Assembly (NCBI GenBank): GCA_017935785.1
Contig: JAGBGU010000047.1
Location: forward strand, 3,013-67,012
From: Bacteroidaceae bacterium
Lineage (GTDB): Bacteria > Bacteroidota > Bacteroidia > Bacteroidales > Bacteroidaceae
Direction of reading: 5' to 3'
Length of the DNA stretch: 64,000 nt
Both the position numbers and the translations under genes were made by a program. This document shows, piece after piece, positions 1-10,782 of this stretch. The notes beneath the pieces were generated by a model. The model saw only the letters and a list, made by a program, of their open reading frames with translations. It ran no database searches and had not been told where the DNA came from. Position 1 is the stretch's first letter; each line of letters starts with the position of its first letter.

Positions 1-268
1 ATTCCGGTTCCACCTTCCACTGGTGGCGTGCGGCCAACCAATCCACAATGGCAGGGCGGTAATCCTCCGGCTCCACCGTATACCCCAAAACGGGATGCTC
101 CAGACGTTCCTTCAGTGCATCCAGAATAAAATCCGGCGTGGCGAAATCCATGTCAGCCACCCAAAGCCCTATCAGGTCGTCCCTTCCGTACATCTGCTGC
201 AACGCTGCATGCTTCACATCGCCCGACCCCCTGCGGTCGACCAATGTGTCAAAATCATACTTTTTCAT
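1..268 (-). CDS. PLP-dependent C-S lyase / class I-II aminotransferase (MalY/PatB-like), N-terminal part only; gene runs off the left edge
   Basis: Hand translation of the minus strand from ATG at 268-266 gives MKKYDFDTLVDRRGSGDVKHAALQQMYGRDDLIGLWVADMDFATPDFILDALKERLEHPVLGYT..., a typical MalY/PatB family N-terminus. It is absent from the ORF track because the window edge truncates it. The + ORF 23..304 is its antisense shadow. Confidence 0.75.
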   Translation of the reverse strand, partial: MKKYDFDTLVDRRGSGDVKHAALQQMYGRDDLIGLWVADMDFATPDFILDALKERLEHPVLGYTVEPEDYRPAIVDWLAARHQWKVEPE

Positions 269-323
269 TGTTTCCGTACTGATACGTGTTCGAATACTAC
301 ATAACAACCTTTGAAAAACCATG

Positions 324-331
324 CAAAGGTA
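324..331 (-). promoter_or_regulatory. Bacteroidetes -7 promoter box (TACCTTTG on minus strand) upstream of the MalY/PatB-like gene
   Basis: The reverse complement of caaaggta is TACCTTTG, which matches the Bacteroides sigma-AB -7 consensus TAnnTTTG. It lies ~56 nt upstream of the ATG at 268. Confidence 0.45.
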
Positions 332-436
332 CCTAAAATATCTTACTTGGGCACTGCCTGCCGCAAAAAAACAGGCTTTAAAGAGCATTCTTCCCCTATT
401 TTCAGCGGTTTCTTTTGCCATGACGGGATTTTTGTT

Positions 437-444
437 TAATTTTG
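437..444 (+). promoter_or_regulatory. Bacteroidetes -7 promoter box (TAATTTTG) upstream of mutA
   Basis: Matches TAnnTTTG and lies 42 nt upstream of the ATG at 486. Confidence 0.45.
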
Positions 445-485
445 CCATCACTTTTAGCATAACACATTATTTAATTTATTAAAAA

Positions 486-2342
486 ATGGCAGATAATAAA
501 GAAAAACTTTTTTCTGATTTCACCGCCCCCAGCGCCCAGGAATGGCGCGAGAAAATTGAGGTAGACCTCAAGGGTGCAGACTATCAGAAGAAGATGGTTT
601 GGAGAACCAACGAAGGTTTCTCCGTGGAACCGTTCTACCGCAAGGAAGACGTGGACCAACTGGCCACCGTAAACGCCTTGCCCGGTGAGTTCCCCTATGT
701 ACGCGGCAACAAGGCTGCAAGTAACGAATGGCACGTTCGCCAGGACATCAAGTGCGAATGCCCCAAGGCTGCGAACGAAAAAGCCCTGGACATCCTCAAC
801 AAGGGTGTGGACAGCATCGGTTTCACCGTTCCCGCAAAGGAACTGAGCGCCGAGTACATCGCCACCCTCCTCGACGGCATTCAGGCCGAGTGCGTGGAAC
901 TGAACTTCCAGACATGCCAGTGCCAGTCCGTTGAGTTGGCAAAGATTCTGGTTGCCTACTTCCAGGAGAAGGGCTATGATCCCGCCAAGATTGAGGGAAG
1001 CATCAGCTTCGACCCCATCGGCAAGATGATCACCAAGGGCAAGGACACCACCGACAAGCTGGCCTATGCCAAGGAACTGGTGGAAATCCTGGCAGCCTAT
1101 CCCAAATTCCAGGCAATTGCCGTGAACGCATTCGCGCTCACCAACGCCGGAGCCTACAGCTATCAGGATCTGGGCTACGCGCTGGCTTGGGGTAACGAAT
1201 ACATGGCCCAGCTTACCGAGGCCGGAGTGGCTCCCGAGGTTGCCGCACAGAACATCAAGTTCAACCTGGGTATCAACGGCGTCTACTTCATGGAAATAGC
1301 CAAGATCCGCGCCGCCCGCATGCTGTGGTCACAGATTGTAAGCCAGTACACCGCCTGCAAGGAAAGCGCCAAGATGCACATCTGCGCCGTTACCACAACA
1401 TACAACCAGACCGTGTTCGACAGCTATGTAAACATGCTGCGTTCCCAGACCGAGGCCATGAGTGCCGCACTGGGCGGTGTGGACAGCATCGTGGTGGTTC
1501 CCTTCGACGCCCCCTACGAGACTCCCACCGAGTTTGCCGAGCGCATCGCACGCAACCAGCAGCTGCTGCTGAAGGACGAGTGCCACTTCGACCGCATGGT
1601 AGACGTTGCCGGAGGTTCATACTTCATTGAGCAGCTCACCACCGACCTGGCCAAGCAGGCATGGAACCTTTTCCTCGCCGTTGAGGAAGAAGGCGGTTTC
1701 CTGGCAGCTGCCAAGGCCGGTTCCGTACAGAACACCATCAACACCACCAACGCCAACCGTCATGCCGACGCCGGCAAGCGCAAGGAGTTCCTGCTGGGAA
1801 CCAACCAGTTCCCCAACTTCACCGAGACAAGCGAAGGAAAGGAACCCGTTGCATGCTGCTGCAAGGCCTGCTGCACCGAAGGCACAGAAGCACAGATTCC
1901 CGCGCTCAAGGCCGCACGCCTGGCCAGCGACTTCGAGAACCTGCGCCTGACCACCGAGAAAGCCGAAAAGACTCCCGTTGCATTCATGCTCACCATCGGC
2001 AACCTGGCCATGCGCCAGGCCCGCGCACAGTTCAGCTGCAACTTCCTGGCCGCAGCCGGATACAAGGTTGTGGACAACCTGGGCTTTGCCACCGTTGAAG
2101 AAGGTGTGGACAAGGCGCTCGAGGCCGGAGCAGACATCGTTGTCATCTGTTCAAGCGACGACGAGTATGCCGAATACGCAATCCCCGCCTACAAGTACCT
2201 GGACGGCCGCGCCATGTTCGTTGTGGCCGGTGCTCCCGCCTGCGCAGAAGACCTCAAGGCCGCCGGCATTGAGAACTTCATCCACGTTCGCGTAGACCAG
2301 CTGAAGACATTGAAAGAGTATAACGCTAAATTAGGAATCTAA
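486..2342 (+). CDS. mutA: methylmalonyl-CoA mutase small (beta) subunit
   Basis: 618-aa ORF directly upstream of the large subunit with a 4-nt gap. The N-terminal region ([43 protein letters not shown]) and C-terminal B12-domain-like region are typical of the Bacteroidales/Porphyromonas MutA arrangement. Confidence 0.85.
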   Translation: MADNKEKLFSDFTAPSAQEWREKIEVDLKGADYQKKMVWRTNEGFSVEPFYRKEDVDQLATVNALPGEFPYVRGNKAASNEWHVRQDIKCECPKAANEKALDILNKGVDSIGFTVPAKELSAEYIATLLDGIQAECVELNFQTCQCQSVELAKILVAYFQEKGYDPAKIEGSISFDPIGKMITKGKDTTDKLAYAKELVEILAAYPKFQAIAVNAFALTNAGAYSYQDLGYALAWGNEYMAQLTEAGVAPEVAAQNIKFNLGINGVYFMEIAKIRAARMLWSQIVSQYTACKESAKMHICAVTTTYNQTVFDSYVNMLRSQTEAMSAALGGVDSIVVVPFDAPYETPTEFAERIARNQQLLLKDECHFDRMVDVAGGSYFIEQLTTDLAKQAWNLFLAVEEEGGFLAAAKAGSVQNTINTTNANRHADAGKRKEFLLGTNQFPNFTETSEGKEPVACCCKACCTEGTEAQIPALKAARLASDFENLRLTTEKAEKTPVAFMLTIGNLAMRQARAQFSCNFLAAAGYKVVDNLGFATVEEGVDKALEAGADIVVICSSDDEYAEYAIPAYKYLDGRAMFVVAGAPACAEDLKAAGIENFIHVRVDQLKTLKEYNAKLGI

Positions 2343-2346
2343 GATT

Positions 2347-4512
<2,166 letters not shown>

Positions 4513-4538
4513 TTTCACGGCCGCAGACCATAACAGCA

Positions 4539-4580
4539 AAGGGCTGCCCTCTCTCCGGGGGCGGCCCTTTTCCGTTTCCG
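4539..4580 (+). terminator. rho-independent terminator after mutB
   Basis: GC-rich hairpin GGGCTGCCC..(loop tctctccg)..GGGCGGCCC followed by the T-rich tract ttttccgtttcc. Confidence 0.6.
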
Positions 4581-4595
4581 GGCCGGCAATAACGG

Positions 4596-4670
4596 CATTC
4601 ATCTGGCCGGCATACCCCGCCTTGTTGAATTATCCCATTCCTACGGACCGATTTTCAGATAGCCACCCAT
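4596..4670 (-). pseudogene. 5' remnant of a paralog of the gene at 28431..29177, truncated by a stop
   Basis: The minus strand reads ATG GGT GGC TAT CTG AAA ATC GGT CCG TAG (MGGYLKIGP*). This aligns with MGSYLKIDPVRLGKFNKAEYASLMND of the intact copy, and nucleotide similarity continues to ~4596 (cattcatc.ggc.ggcata.ccgccttgttgaatt). Confidence 0.6.
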
Positions 4671-4774
4671 GTTATGCACTTTTTAGCGGCAGAAAACCGG
4701 CCGGGCGACCTCTCGAAGGCCTTCCCATGCCAGATAAATATAAAAACATTCTGAAATTGGACCTTTAATCAGTA

Positions 4775-5170
4775 TGAAAGTGGAATTTCATTTTGAAATT
4801 ATACTTTCGGAGTGTCTGAAAATGGAATTTCATTTTGAAATTGTACTTTCGGAGTGTCGGGAAATGGAATTTCAATCTGAAATTGTATTTTCAGAGTGTC
4901 AGGAAATGGAATTTCAATCTGAAATTATACTTTCGGAGTGTCGGGAAATGGAATTTCAATCTGAAATTGTACATTTACATAGTGTGAAAATGGAATTTCA
5001 ATCTGAAATTGCACTTTCACATAGTGCGGAAATGGAATTTCAATCTGAAATTGTACTTTTACATAGTGTGGAAATGGAATTTCAATCTGAAATTTGGCTT
5101 TCACATAGTGTGGAAATAGAATTTCATTTTGAAATAGCACTTTTACATAGTGTGAAAATAGAATTTCAAC
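4775..5170. repeat. tandem array of ~9.5 copies of a 42-nt unit, each with a 7-bp hairpin (AATTTCA-N3-TGAAATT)
   Basis: The unit gaaatGGAATTTCAatcTGAAATTgtactttcggagtgtcgg repeats every 42 nt. The second half falls into two variant classes (..actttcggagtgtc.. and ..ttt(a)cacatagtg..). Confidence 0.9.
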
Positions 5171-5552
5171 ATAATACGCAGGCTTTTTTAACAGGAAAGT
5201 CATCAGCTTGCCCAAGAAACGCCCTGTTGCCTGAACGGAAATCACCTCCTCGCCACCGCCGGCCATCATTCTGATGCCTGTAGTGCCGTCCTGCGCCTCG
5301 GGCCACAGTACGGAACGCAGCAAAAGGTGCACGATATTTCTTTTTGTCATCCTGATAATGCGTCTGGAAGACGCGAAGCCCGTAAGGGCGAATAGCCGCG
5401 GGTTCTTGAACCCGTGGAAAAATTGATAAGGCAAAAAATGGCGTCTGCAAAGACGCGGAACGGCGACGAACTTTAATATCGTTTGATGAATCCACGTTGC
5501 CGATTCGCGTCTTTGCAGACGCCTTATTGTGCGGACGTGAGGGACACAATAA

Positions 5553-5638
5553 GTCATCCTGAACTTGTTTCAGGATCTGTCCGCGGAGAAGGGTTAATCA
5601 AAGCTCGCGGTGAGATGCTGAAACAAGTTCAGCATGAC
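5553..5638. repeat. 86-nt inverted-repeat element (GTCATCCTGAACTTGTTTCAGGATC ... GATGCTGAAACAAGTTCAGCATGAC)
   Basis: Two 25-nt arms are reverse complements with 2 mismatches. Each arm contains its own CTGAA..TTCAG mini-palindrome. The element is also present at 30119..30269. Confidence 0.8.
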
Positions 5639-5750
5639 GGAGCGAAAAGAGTGCATGACGTAGGGGGAAGAACGCATGACACAGAGAAAAGGCCACATGA
5701 CGTAATGAAACACAGTAAGAAGAACACAACAAAAAAAGACAATACGCAAC

Positions 5751-5782
5751 AAGGGCTTGGCTGCGTGTTGCTCCAAGCCCTT
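5751..5782 (-). terminator. hairpin downstream of the receptor gene (possible bidirectional terminator)
   Basis: AAGGGCTTGG-N12-CCAAGCCCTT lies ~74 nt past the stop of 5856..9002. The T-run on the minus strand is not immediately adjacent, so support is moderate. Confidence 0.35.
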
Positions 5783-5855
5783 TGTCGGCATTTATCTCCT
5801 GCCCCATTGTCCTGAAAACCTTGCGAAGCGCCCCCAATGGAGCTTTCGGGATAGC

Positions 5856-8800
5856 TTACTTCTTCTTGGGATGCTTGGCAAACTTGTACATGACGTGCAG
5901 CAGGGCATAGCGGGGCATCACGTTGGTGAAAGTCTCGGTGCGCCCCTGCGCGTTCACGGTGCGCGTTACGTTGGAGAGCTGGCCCAGGATGTCGAATCCG
6001 TCAATCATCACCAGCAGCTTGCCCTTGCAGAAGGGGCGCGACAGGCGGGCGTTCCACACCAGGTCGGCCGTGTTGAGCTGCGCGTCGGCATAGCCCGTGC
6101 GGCCGTAGAGCGTAAGGTCGCTGGTGAGGTCGAACTGCCACGGCAGACGCACGGTTCCGTCCGCCCCTATGCGGTACTGCCAGGCGGAGATGTCCTGGAA
6201 GGTGGCGCGGGTGCCTGCATAGCGGTTCCACGATACGTCCGACGTAACGTTCAGCGCATGCTTGCCCAGGGTGAGGCTCAGCTTGGGCGCCACAGAGAGC
6301 GCGGCGTTGCGCACGGTGCTGCGGGTTGCTTGTGCCGCTCCCGCTTCCGCCATCAGATCCACGCTGTTGCGGTAGTTGAAGTTGGACGTGATGCCTGTGC
6401 TGTGCTTCTTACCCTCGCCGAAGCTGTAGTTCAGCGTGTGCCGGGCCGAAGCATCCCAGTTGCCGTTCACGTTCTCGGGGCGGTAGGTGCGTATGCCCGT
6501 TGCCCTGTCGTAGGTCTGGCCCATGCCGATGGCGTTGCGGGTGAAACCGTAGTCCACATAGCACATGTTGCGCCAGCGTAGCTTGCTCGGATTCCAGGTG
6601 CCTTCCAGACCGACACCTGTACGCAGAGAAGCATGCAGGTCGGGGTTGCCAATGCGGATGTTCATGGGATCCGTGTCATCCACAACGGCGGCCTGGTTCA
6701 GCAGTTCGGGCACTTCGTTCTTCAACGACATTGACAAGCCGATATAGCGACCGTCATTTTTCCGGAACCACGGGCGAACATAAATATCGAAGGTGGGCGC
6801 CACTCGGCGGAGCGTGGTGTCTATGCTTCCCCGCTCGTATTCGTGCTCTTGTTGTGTCAGGCGGGCCGTCATGTTGGTCAGCACCAGAAACTGGCCACGG
6901 TCGGTCTTCTTGAACTCATAGCCCGCATTGACGAAGACCTTATGCTCGTTGTCAATGTAATGGCTCAGGTGGCTGTTGTTGCGGTCAATCACCTGCTGGT
7001 ATTCGCTCACGCTCGGCAACCGGTCAATCGGACGGGCAAAGGTGGAATCGGCACCCGCCAGGCGGTCAAGGCGATAGATGCTTTCGTGCTCGCGCTGATT
7101 GCGATGGGTAAAGTCATATTGTATCATGATAGACCTCCATCCCTTTCCTTGCACCTTATAATCCAAACTGGGAGTAAATACAACCTTGCGCCGTGGCGAG
7201 AGGTCGGTATACTGGTGGCGGAACAGGGGTTGTGCCGGAGCGGCATAGGCGACCGACTGGCGCGAGAACTGCTCCCGGGCGTTCTCGGAATAGTTTCCAC
7301 TCAGAGAAAAACCAAGCACATCGTTGCTGCGCTTCATCTTCAGCATTCCCCACACAATTGCGTTTGTTTCCAGATTGTGTCCCGTACCCAGTCCCTCGCG
7401 CAGCTGGCGGTTGATAAGCGTGTCGCGCAGGTCGGGCCGCTGCGTGGCGGAGGAGAAGAGGTCATCGAGCAGGCGGCGGCTCACGTCTGCCACGGGAGCG
7501 GAGAACAGACCTGACGCGCTGCCGTTCTCGTGACGGAAGCGGTGGTATGAGGCTTCGGGACTGATGTGCAGCATCAGTCTGTCGTTCGTAAACGCCACAT
7601 CGTGGCGCGATTTCAGCCTCCAGTCCTCATTGCGTGCCTGGCTGAAGAGATATTCGTATGTGTCGCCTTGCGGAAGGAAGGTCTGCGCCGTGGTGCGCTG
7701 GTCCTGCTTTTCCGTGGAGTGGCGTGCGTCTATGCCGCCATTGTATGCCCACCGGTGGTCGCGCCTTTCCACCCGAAAGTCCACGGCCGCCATCTCGTTG
7801 CGCCGGAGCGCATTGTCGGCACTGCGGTTCCACTGCCCTCCCTTGGACGGTTTGCTGCTGTCGTCCAGATTGTTGGCGTTTGCCACAACCGCCAGGCGCG
7901 AGAACTCGGAATGGCGCATGGCAAAGACGCGGCCCAGATAACGGTCGCCCGTGCCACCGCCCGCTTCGGCGTTCGCCACCCATCCGATCATGTATTCCTT
8001 CTTCAGCCTCACATCCACTACATGGCGCTGTGTGGTCTCGTCCTTGCGCCCCAGCCACTCGTTCTCCTCGGTCTGCTTGTCATATACGGCCACCTCCTTT
8101 ACGGTATAGGCCGGCAGGTTTTCCAGCAGCAGGCGGCGGTCGTGGCTGAAAAGTTTCTTGCCGTTGAGCAGCAGGTCGTCCACAAACTTCCCTTCGTGAT
8201 AGATGCGGCCGTCGCTCTTCAGTTCCATGCCCGGCAGCTGTTTGATGAGGGCATCCAGCATGGAACCTTCAGCCAGCACAAAGGCATCGGCATTGTAGAC
8301 CAGAGTGTCGCCCTTGTAATAGAACTTCACCTTGGAGGCGGTTACCACCACCTCGTCCATCGTCTTCTCCTTCGGCTTCGGTTTCAGATAGAAGGGCGGC
8401 AGTTCGCGTTCGTACTCGCGGCCGCCAATGCGCTCCAGCTTATAGTCCACACAGGCGATCTGGAACCCCTCATAGGCAATGCGGAAGATGTATCCGGCAG
8501 GCTGCGCCGGCACAGAAAAGGAGAAGTCGCTGGTGGTCCATTTAAAACTCTGCCCTCCGCCATAAGCCGAATACTCTTTCTTGGCCTCGGTCTGTTGCAG
8601 CACGGTGCTGTCAGCCGCGCTGAGCAGTTCCACCGTGGCGCCGATGAGCGGCTTGTGGGCGCGGATATCCTCCACCTTACTCTTCAGCTTCAGCTTCTTA
8701 ATCTCCCTCCGTTTGTCATACTGCACGCTGATGTCCCGCCCGCGCACCTTCACCTTTACCGGCTGGTGGCGGCAGACCAGCTTCACGGCATCGGGCACGG

Positions 8801-9002
8801 ACAGGCTGTCGGCATCGGCGGTAACACGCAGGTCGGCAAGGCCGTCCGAGAGGATGTCTATGCTATATTCCGTCTGTTCGCCACCGATGGTCTGCAAGGC
8901 TTCGAGCAACGGTGTGTTGCGAAAGGAGCGGGTAATCTGCGCCGCCACGCCAAGGCACAGGCACGCCAGAAAGGCGAGCAGGGCGAAAATGCGCTTCATC
9001 AT
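5856..9002 (-). CDS. outer-membrane beta-barrel receptor with N-terminal STN signalling domain and carboxypeptidase-regulatory-like domain (TonB-dependent-receptor-like)
   Basis: 1048 aa with a signal peptide (MMKRIFALLAFLACLCLGVAAQ). It has an STN-like segment (FRNTPLLEALQTIGGEQTEYSIDIL...VKVKVRGRDISV) and a long beta-rich C-terminus ending in an aromatic-rich barrel terminus. It is co-located with an ECF sigma and an anti-sigma factor. Confidence 0.7.
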   Translation of the reverse strand: MMKRIFALLAFLACLCLGVAAQITRSFRNTPLLEALQTIGGEQTEYSIDILSDGLADLRVTADADSLSVPDAVKLVCRHQPVKVKVRGRDISVQYDKRREIKKLKLKSKVEDIRAHKPLIGATVELLSAADSTVLQQTEAKKEYSAYGGGQSFKWTTSDFSFSVPAQPAGYIFRIAYEGFQIACVDYKLERIGGREYERELPPFYLKPKPKEKTMDEVVVTASKVKFYYKGDTLVYNADAFVLAEGSMLDALIKQLPGMELKSDGRIYHEGKFVDDLLLNGKKLFSHDRRLLLENLPAYTVKEVAVYDKQTEENEWLGRKDETTQRHVVDVRLKKEYMIGWVANAEAGGGTGDRYLGRVFAMRHSEFSRLAVVANANNLDDSSKPSKGGQWNRSADNALRRNEMAAVDFRVERRDHRWAYNGGIDARHSTEKQDQRTTAQTFLPQGDTYEYLFSQARNEDWRLKSRHDVAFTNDRLMLHISPEASYHRFRHENGSASGLFSAPVADVSRRLLDDLFSSATQRPDLRDTLINRQLREGLGTGHNLETNAIVWGMLKMKRSNDVLGFSLSGNYSENAREQFSRQSVAYAAPAQPLFRHQYTDLSPRRKVVFTPSLDYKVQGKGWRSIMIQYDFTHRNQREHESIYRLDRLAGADSTFARPIDRLPSVSEYQQVIDRNNSHLSHYIDNEHKVFVNAGYEFKKTDRGQFLVLTNMTARLTQQEHEYERGSIDTTLRRVAPTFDIYVRPWFRKNDGRYIGLSMSLKNEVPELLNQAAVVDDTDPMNIRIGNPDLHASLRTGVGLEGTWNPSKLRWRNMCYVDYGFTRNAIGMGQTYDRATGIRTYRPENVNGNWDASARHTLNYSFGEGKKHSTGITSNFNYRNSVDLMAEAGAAQATRSTVRNAALSVAPKLSLTLGKHALNVTSDVSWNRYAGTRATFQDISAWQYRIGADGTVRLPWQFDLTSDLTLYGRTGYADAQLNTADLVWNARLSRPFCKGKLLVMIDGFDILGQLSNVTRTVNAQGRTETFTNVMPRYALLHVMYKFAKHPKKK

Positions 9003-9571
9003 GGTTCTTCCTCCTCTTCGTCGGTTTCGTAAACCATGATGGTGTCGCCCTCAAGGCTGAGGCCAATGCCGTCAAAGGCATTCAGACGCTCAATCAGGTC
9101 GGCCAGCGGCGTACCGGGGCGCCAGGTCATGATCAGCATCTTGCGGCGCAGCTTCTTCTCGCTAAAGATGACGGTCTTTCCGTAATGGGCGGAAACCGCG
9201 GAAAGCAGGCTGTCCAGCCGTACATTATCAAAACGGACTGTCGTATCCGCCGGCAAAATCTCTGCGGAAACCGGCTGAAGGACTTCCGCCTGCGCTTCCG
9301 GCTGGCCGTAATGGGCGCGGACCAGCCGGACAGCGGCAAAGGATATGCCGGCCAGCAGAACGGCTCCGGCCAGCATGGCGGCAAACCTCAGCAGGGGCTT
9401 CGTGCGGCGCTTCCCTTCCGCACCGTTTCTTTCTTCAAAGCGTTTCCATGCCGCTTCGGCATCCGCTTCACGGTCTATCTCTTCCATCATGGCCTGCAAC
9501 TGCCGTTCGGAATAGTTCTCGGGGTGCTCCTGCATATCCAGGAACAGCCGCTTGTCGTCTGATTGCATCAT
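8999..9571 (-). CDS. FecR-family anti-sigma factor (short form: one TM segment plus a C-terminal DUF4974-like domain)
   Basis: 190 aa with a TM segment LLRFAAMLAGAVLLAGISFAAV and a C-terminal FDNVRLDSLLSAVSAHYGKTVIF motif. It overlaps both the sigma gene and the receptor gene by 4 nt each. Confidence 0.65.
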   Translation of the reverse strand: MMQSDDKRLFLDMQEHPENYSERQLQAMMEEIDREADAEAAWKRFEERNGAEGKRRTKPLLRFAAMLAGAVLLAGISFAAVRLVRAHYGQPEAQAEVLQPVSAEILPADTTVRFDNVRLDSLLSAVSAHYGKTVIFSEKKLRRKMLIMTWRPGTPLADLIERLNAFDGIGLSLEGDTIMVYETDEEEEEP

Positions 9572-10044
9572 AACTTCTGGGGATTAAATTGTTTCTTGAT
9601 TGCATTGATGGTGTGCGAGAGATGCTTCCATACCGCCACCTTGCTGATACCCTCGGCCAGAGCTATCTCCTCGTAAGTGTACCCTTCGGTAAAACGCAGG
9701 CGGAAGATGCGCTGTTCCTGGAGCGACAGGCGCGCCACCACAAACTCCACAATGTCCGTCAGCCGCTCGTCCCCGGCATCGCCGTCGTCGCAAAGCCCGG
9801 CCGCCGCACTCCTTATTATATCTATATGGCGCAGCCGTTTAAGGCACCGGTTGCGTACGCTTGTCAGCAGATAGCGTTCCTCAGCACCGGGTATCAGCGT
9901 AATGCGGCCATGGAGCAGTTGCTCGAAGATGTCGCTGACCACATCCTCGCTCTCCTGCACATCGTACAACAGGGTGCGCGCCACCCGTTGCATCTTGGCG
10001 TAGTGCTGTCTGAACAGCTGTTGTACCGTCTCTCGTTCCATCAC
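9568..10044 (-). CDS. ECF (sigma-70 family) RNA polymerase sigma factor
   Basis: 158 aa with region 2 (FRQHYAKMQRVARTLLYDVQESEDVVSDIFEQL) and a region 4 HTH (LSLQEQRIFRLRFTEGYTYEEIALAEGISKVAVWKHL). Confidence 0.85.
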   Translation of the reverse strand: MMERETVQQLFRQHYAKMQRVARTLLYDVQESEDVVSDIFEQLLHGRITLIPGAEERYLLTSVRNRCLKRLRHIDIIRSAAAGLCDDGDAGDERLTDIVEFVVARLSLQEQRIFRLRFTEGYTYEEIALAEGISKVAVWKHLSHTINAIKKQFNPQKL

Positions 10045-10368
10045 ATTTCTCTGACTTTCGTCGTCTCTCTTTTTATCTAATACCCTTCAGACGGAGAAAT
10101 CGCTAACCCGAAACGGAAGTTTTTTGCTCTTGCCATGTTTTTTCCCATTTTTCTTACATTATTATATATAACGGAATTCCACTCCGATTATTTTCGCTTT
10201 CCAGGGAAATGACAAACAAGTCCCACTGCCATTGGGAATCTTCTATACGTATTTGCCTTAATTAAGGGGATTTTAAGCCCCTCAAACAAGTCTATCAGAC
10301 AAAAACAGAAAACCCGTGCTAGCTTTGATTATCAACGTATTGCATTTACAATTCTGTCTCATTGAAAT

Positions 10369-10456
10369 GTAAACGGATTTACCCTTAAGTGTAAGTGGAT
10401 TTACATAGTGAGGTAAGTGCGTTTACATAGAACGGTAAATCCACTTACATAGTGAT
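10369..10456. repeat. four iteron-like 22-bp units, each starting with a GTAA-N6-TTAC palindromic site
   Basis: GTAAACGGATTTAC (10369), GTAAGTGGATTTAC (10391), GTAAGTGCGTTTAC (10413) and GTAAATCCACTTAC (10435) are spaced exactly 22 nt apart. Sites 2 and 4 are perfect reverse complements of each other. Confidence 0.85.
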
Positions 10457-10597
10457 GTAAAAATCGGCCGTCTGAAGAGCAACTTTTGCGGCAACATTAA
10501 GAAGCTGCTTAAATTTCTAAAAAGCTTTGTATTGGATAACCGTTTATTTCAAATCGCACACTTTATCAAAGTAAATTTTCTTTACAAAGTACATTCC

Positions 10598-10753
10598 CTA
10601 TAATTCAATCTCTTTAAAAAGATACATCGTCTCTCCCTTTTGAATGGCAAAACTTTCAAACAGCATCTTTGCTATTTGTTCAAAACGTTCTTCGATGTCA
10701 GATGCATTCATAGAGGCATCAAGAGTCATTAGCTGTCGGAGTTGTTCTATCAT
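10598..10753 (-). CDS. small hypothetical ORF (51 aa), possibly a gene fragment
   Basis: Hand-translated as MIEQLRQLMTLDASMNASDIEERFEQIAKMLFESFAIQKGETMYLFKEIEL*. It lies 29 nt downstream of the nuclease-like gene in the AT-rich islet and is too short for the ORF track. Confidence 0.25.
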   Translation of the reverse strand: MIEQLRQLMTLDASMNASDIEERFEQIAKMLFESFAIQKGETMYLFKEIEL

Positions 10754-10782
10754 TTGTATATTGTCATAATCTTAGTGTTACA

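Larger units (their letters stand above)
4596..5783. repeat. dispersed ~1.2-kb repeat, copy A (direct repeat of 29093..30342)
   Basis: Collinear nucleotide similarity to 29093..30342 runs in this order: gene 5' remnant, agcgg..gggcgacctctcgaaggccttcccatgcca, the 42-nt tandem array, aatacgcaggcttttttaacaggaaagtcatca.cttgcccaagaaacgccctgttgcctgaacggaaatcacctcctc, gtcatcctgataatgcgtctggaagacgcgaagcccgtaagggcgaatagccgcgggttcttgaacccgtgg, and finally the aagggcttgg..ccaagccctt hairpin. Confidence 0.85.

Noticed and set aside
23-304. ORF 23..304 (+) as a real gene
   Set aside because: The opposite strand encodes a convincing MalY/PatB-like N-terminus that starts at 268 and runs off the window.
4775-5170. 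Possible CRISPR array (regularly spaced repeats containing a hairpin), also at 29275..29542
   Set aside because: The period is only 42 nt, with a ~24-nt conserved part and ~18-nt 'spacers'. The 'spacers' are themselves similar to each other (two classes). No cas genes or leader are nearby. The same array occurs twice as part of a larger dispersed repeat.
4774-5557. ORFs 4774..5274 (+), 4925..5557 (-), 5166..5549 (-), and 29297..29641 (-) / 29404..29727 (+), which encode MEFQSEI-type repeat peptides
   Set aside because: They stay open only because the repeat period is a multiple of 3. They are open on both strands and low in complexity, they lack start context and signal sequences, and they lie in a non-coding dispersed repeat.
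5483-5815. ORFs containing MLKQVQHD (5483..5815, 30246..30464, 29906..30163, 30229..30441)
   Set aside because: They are translations of inverted-repeat/REP-like modules and are open in both orientations. These are classic spurious hypothetical proteins.
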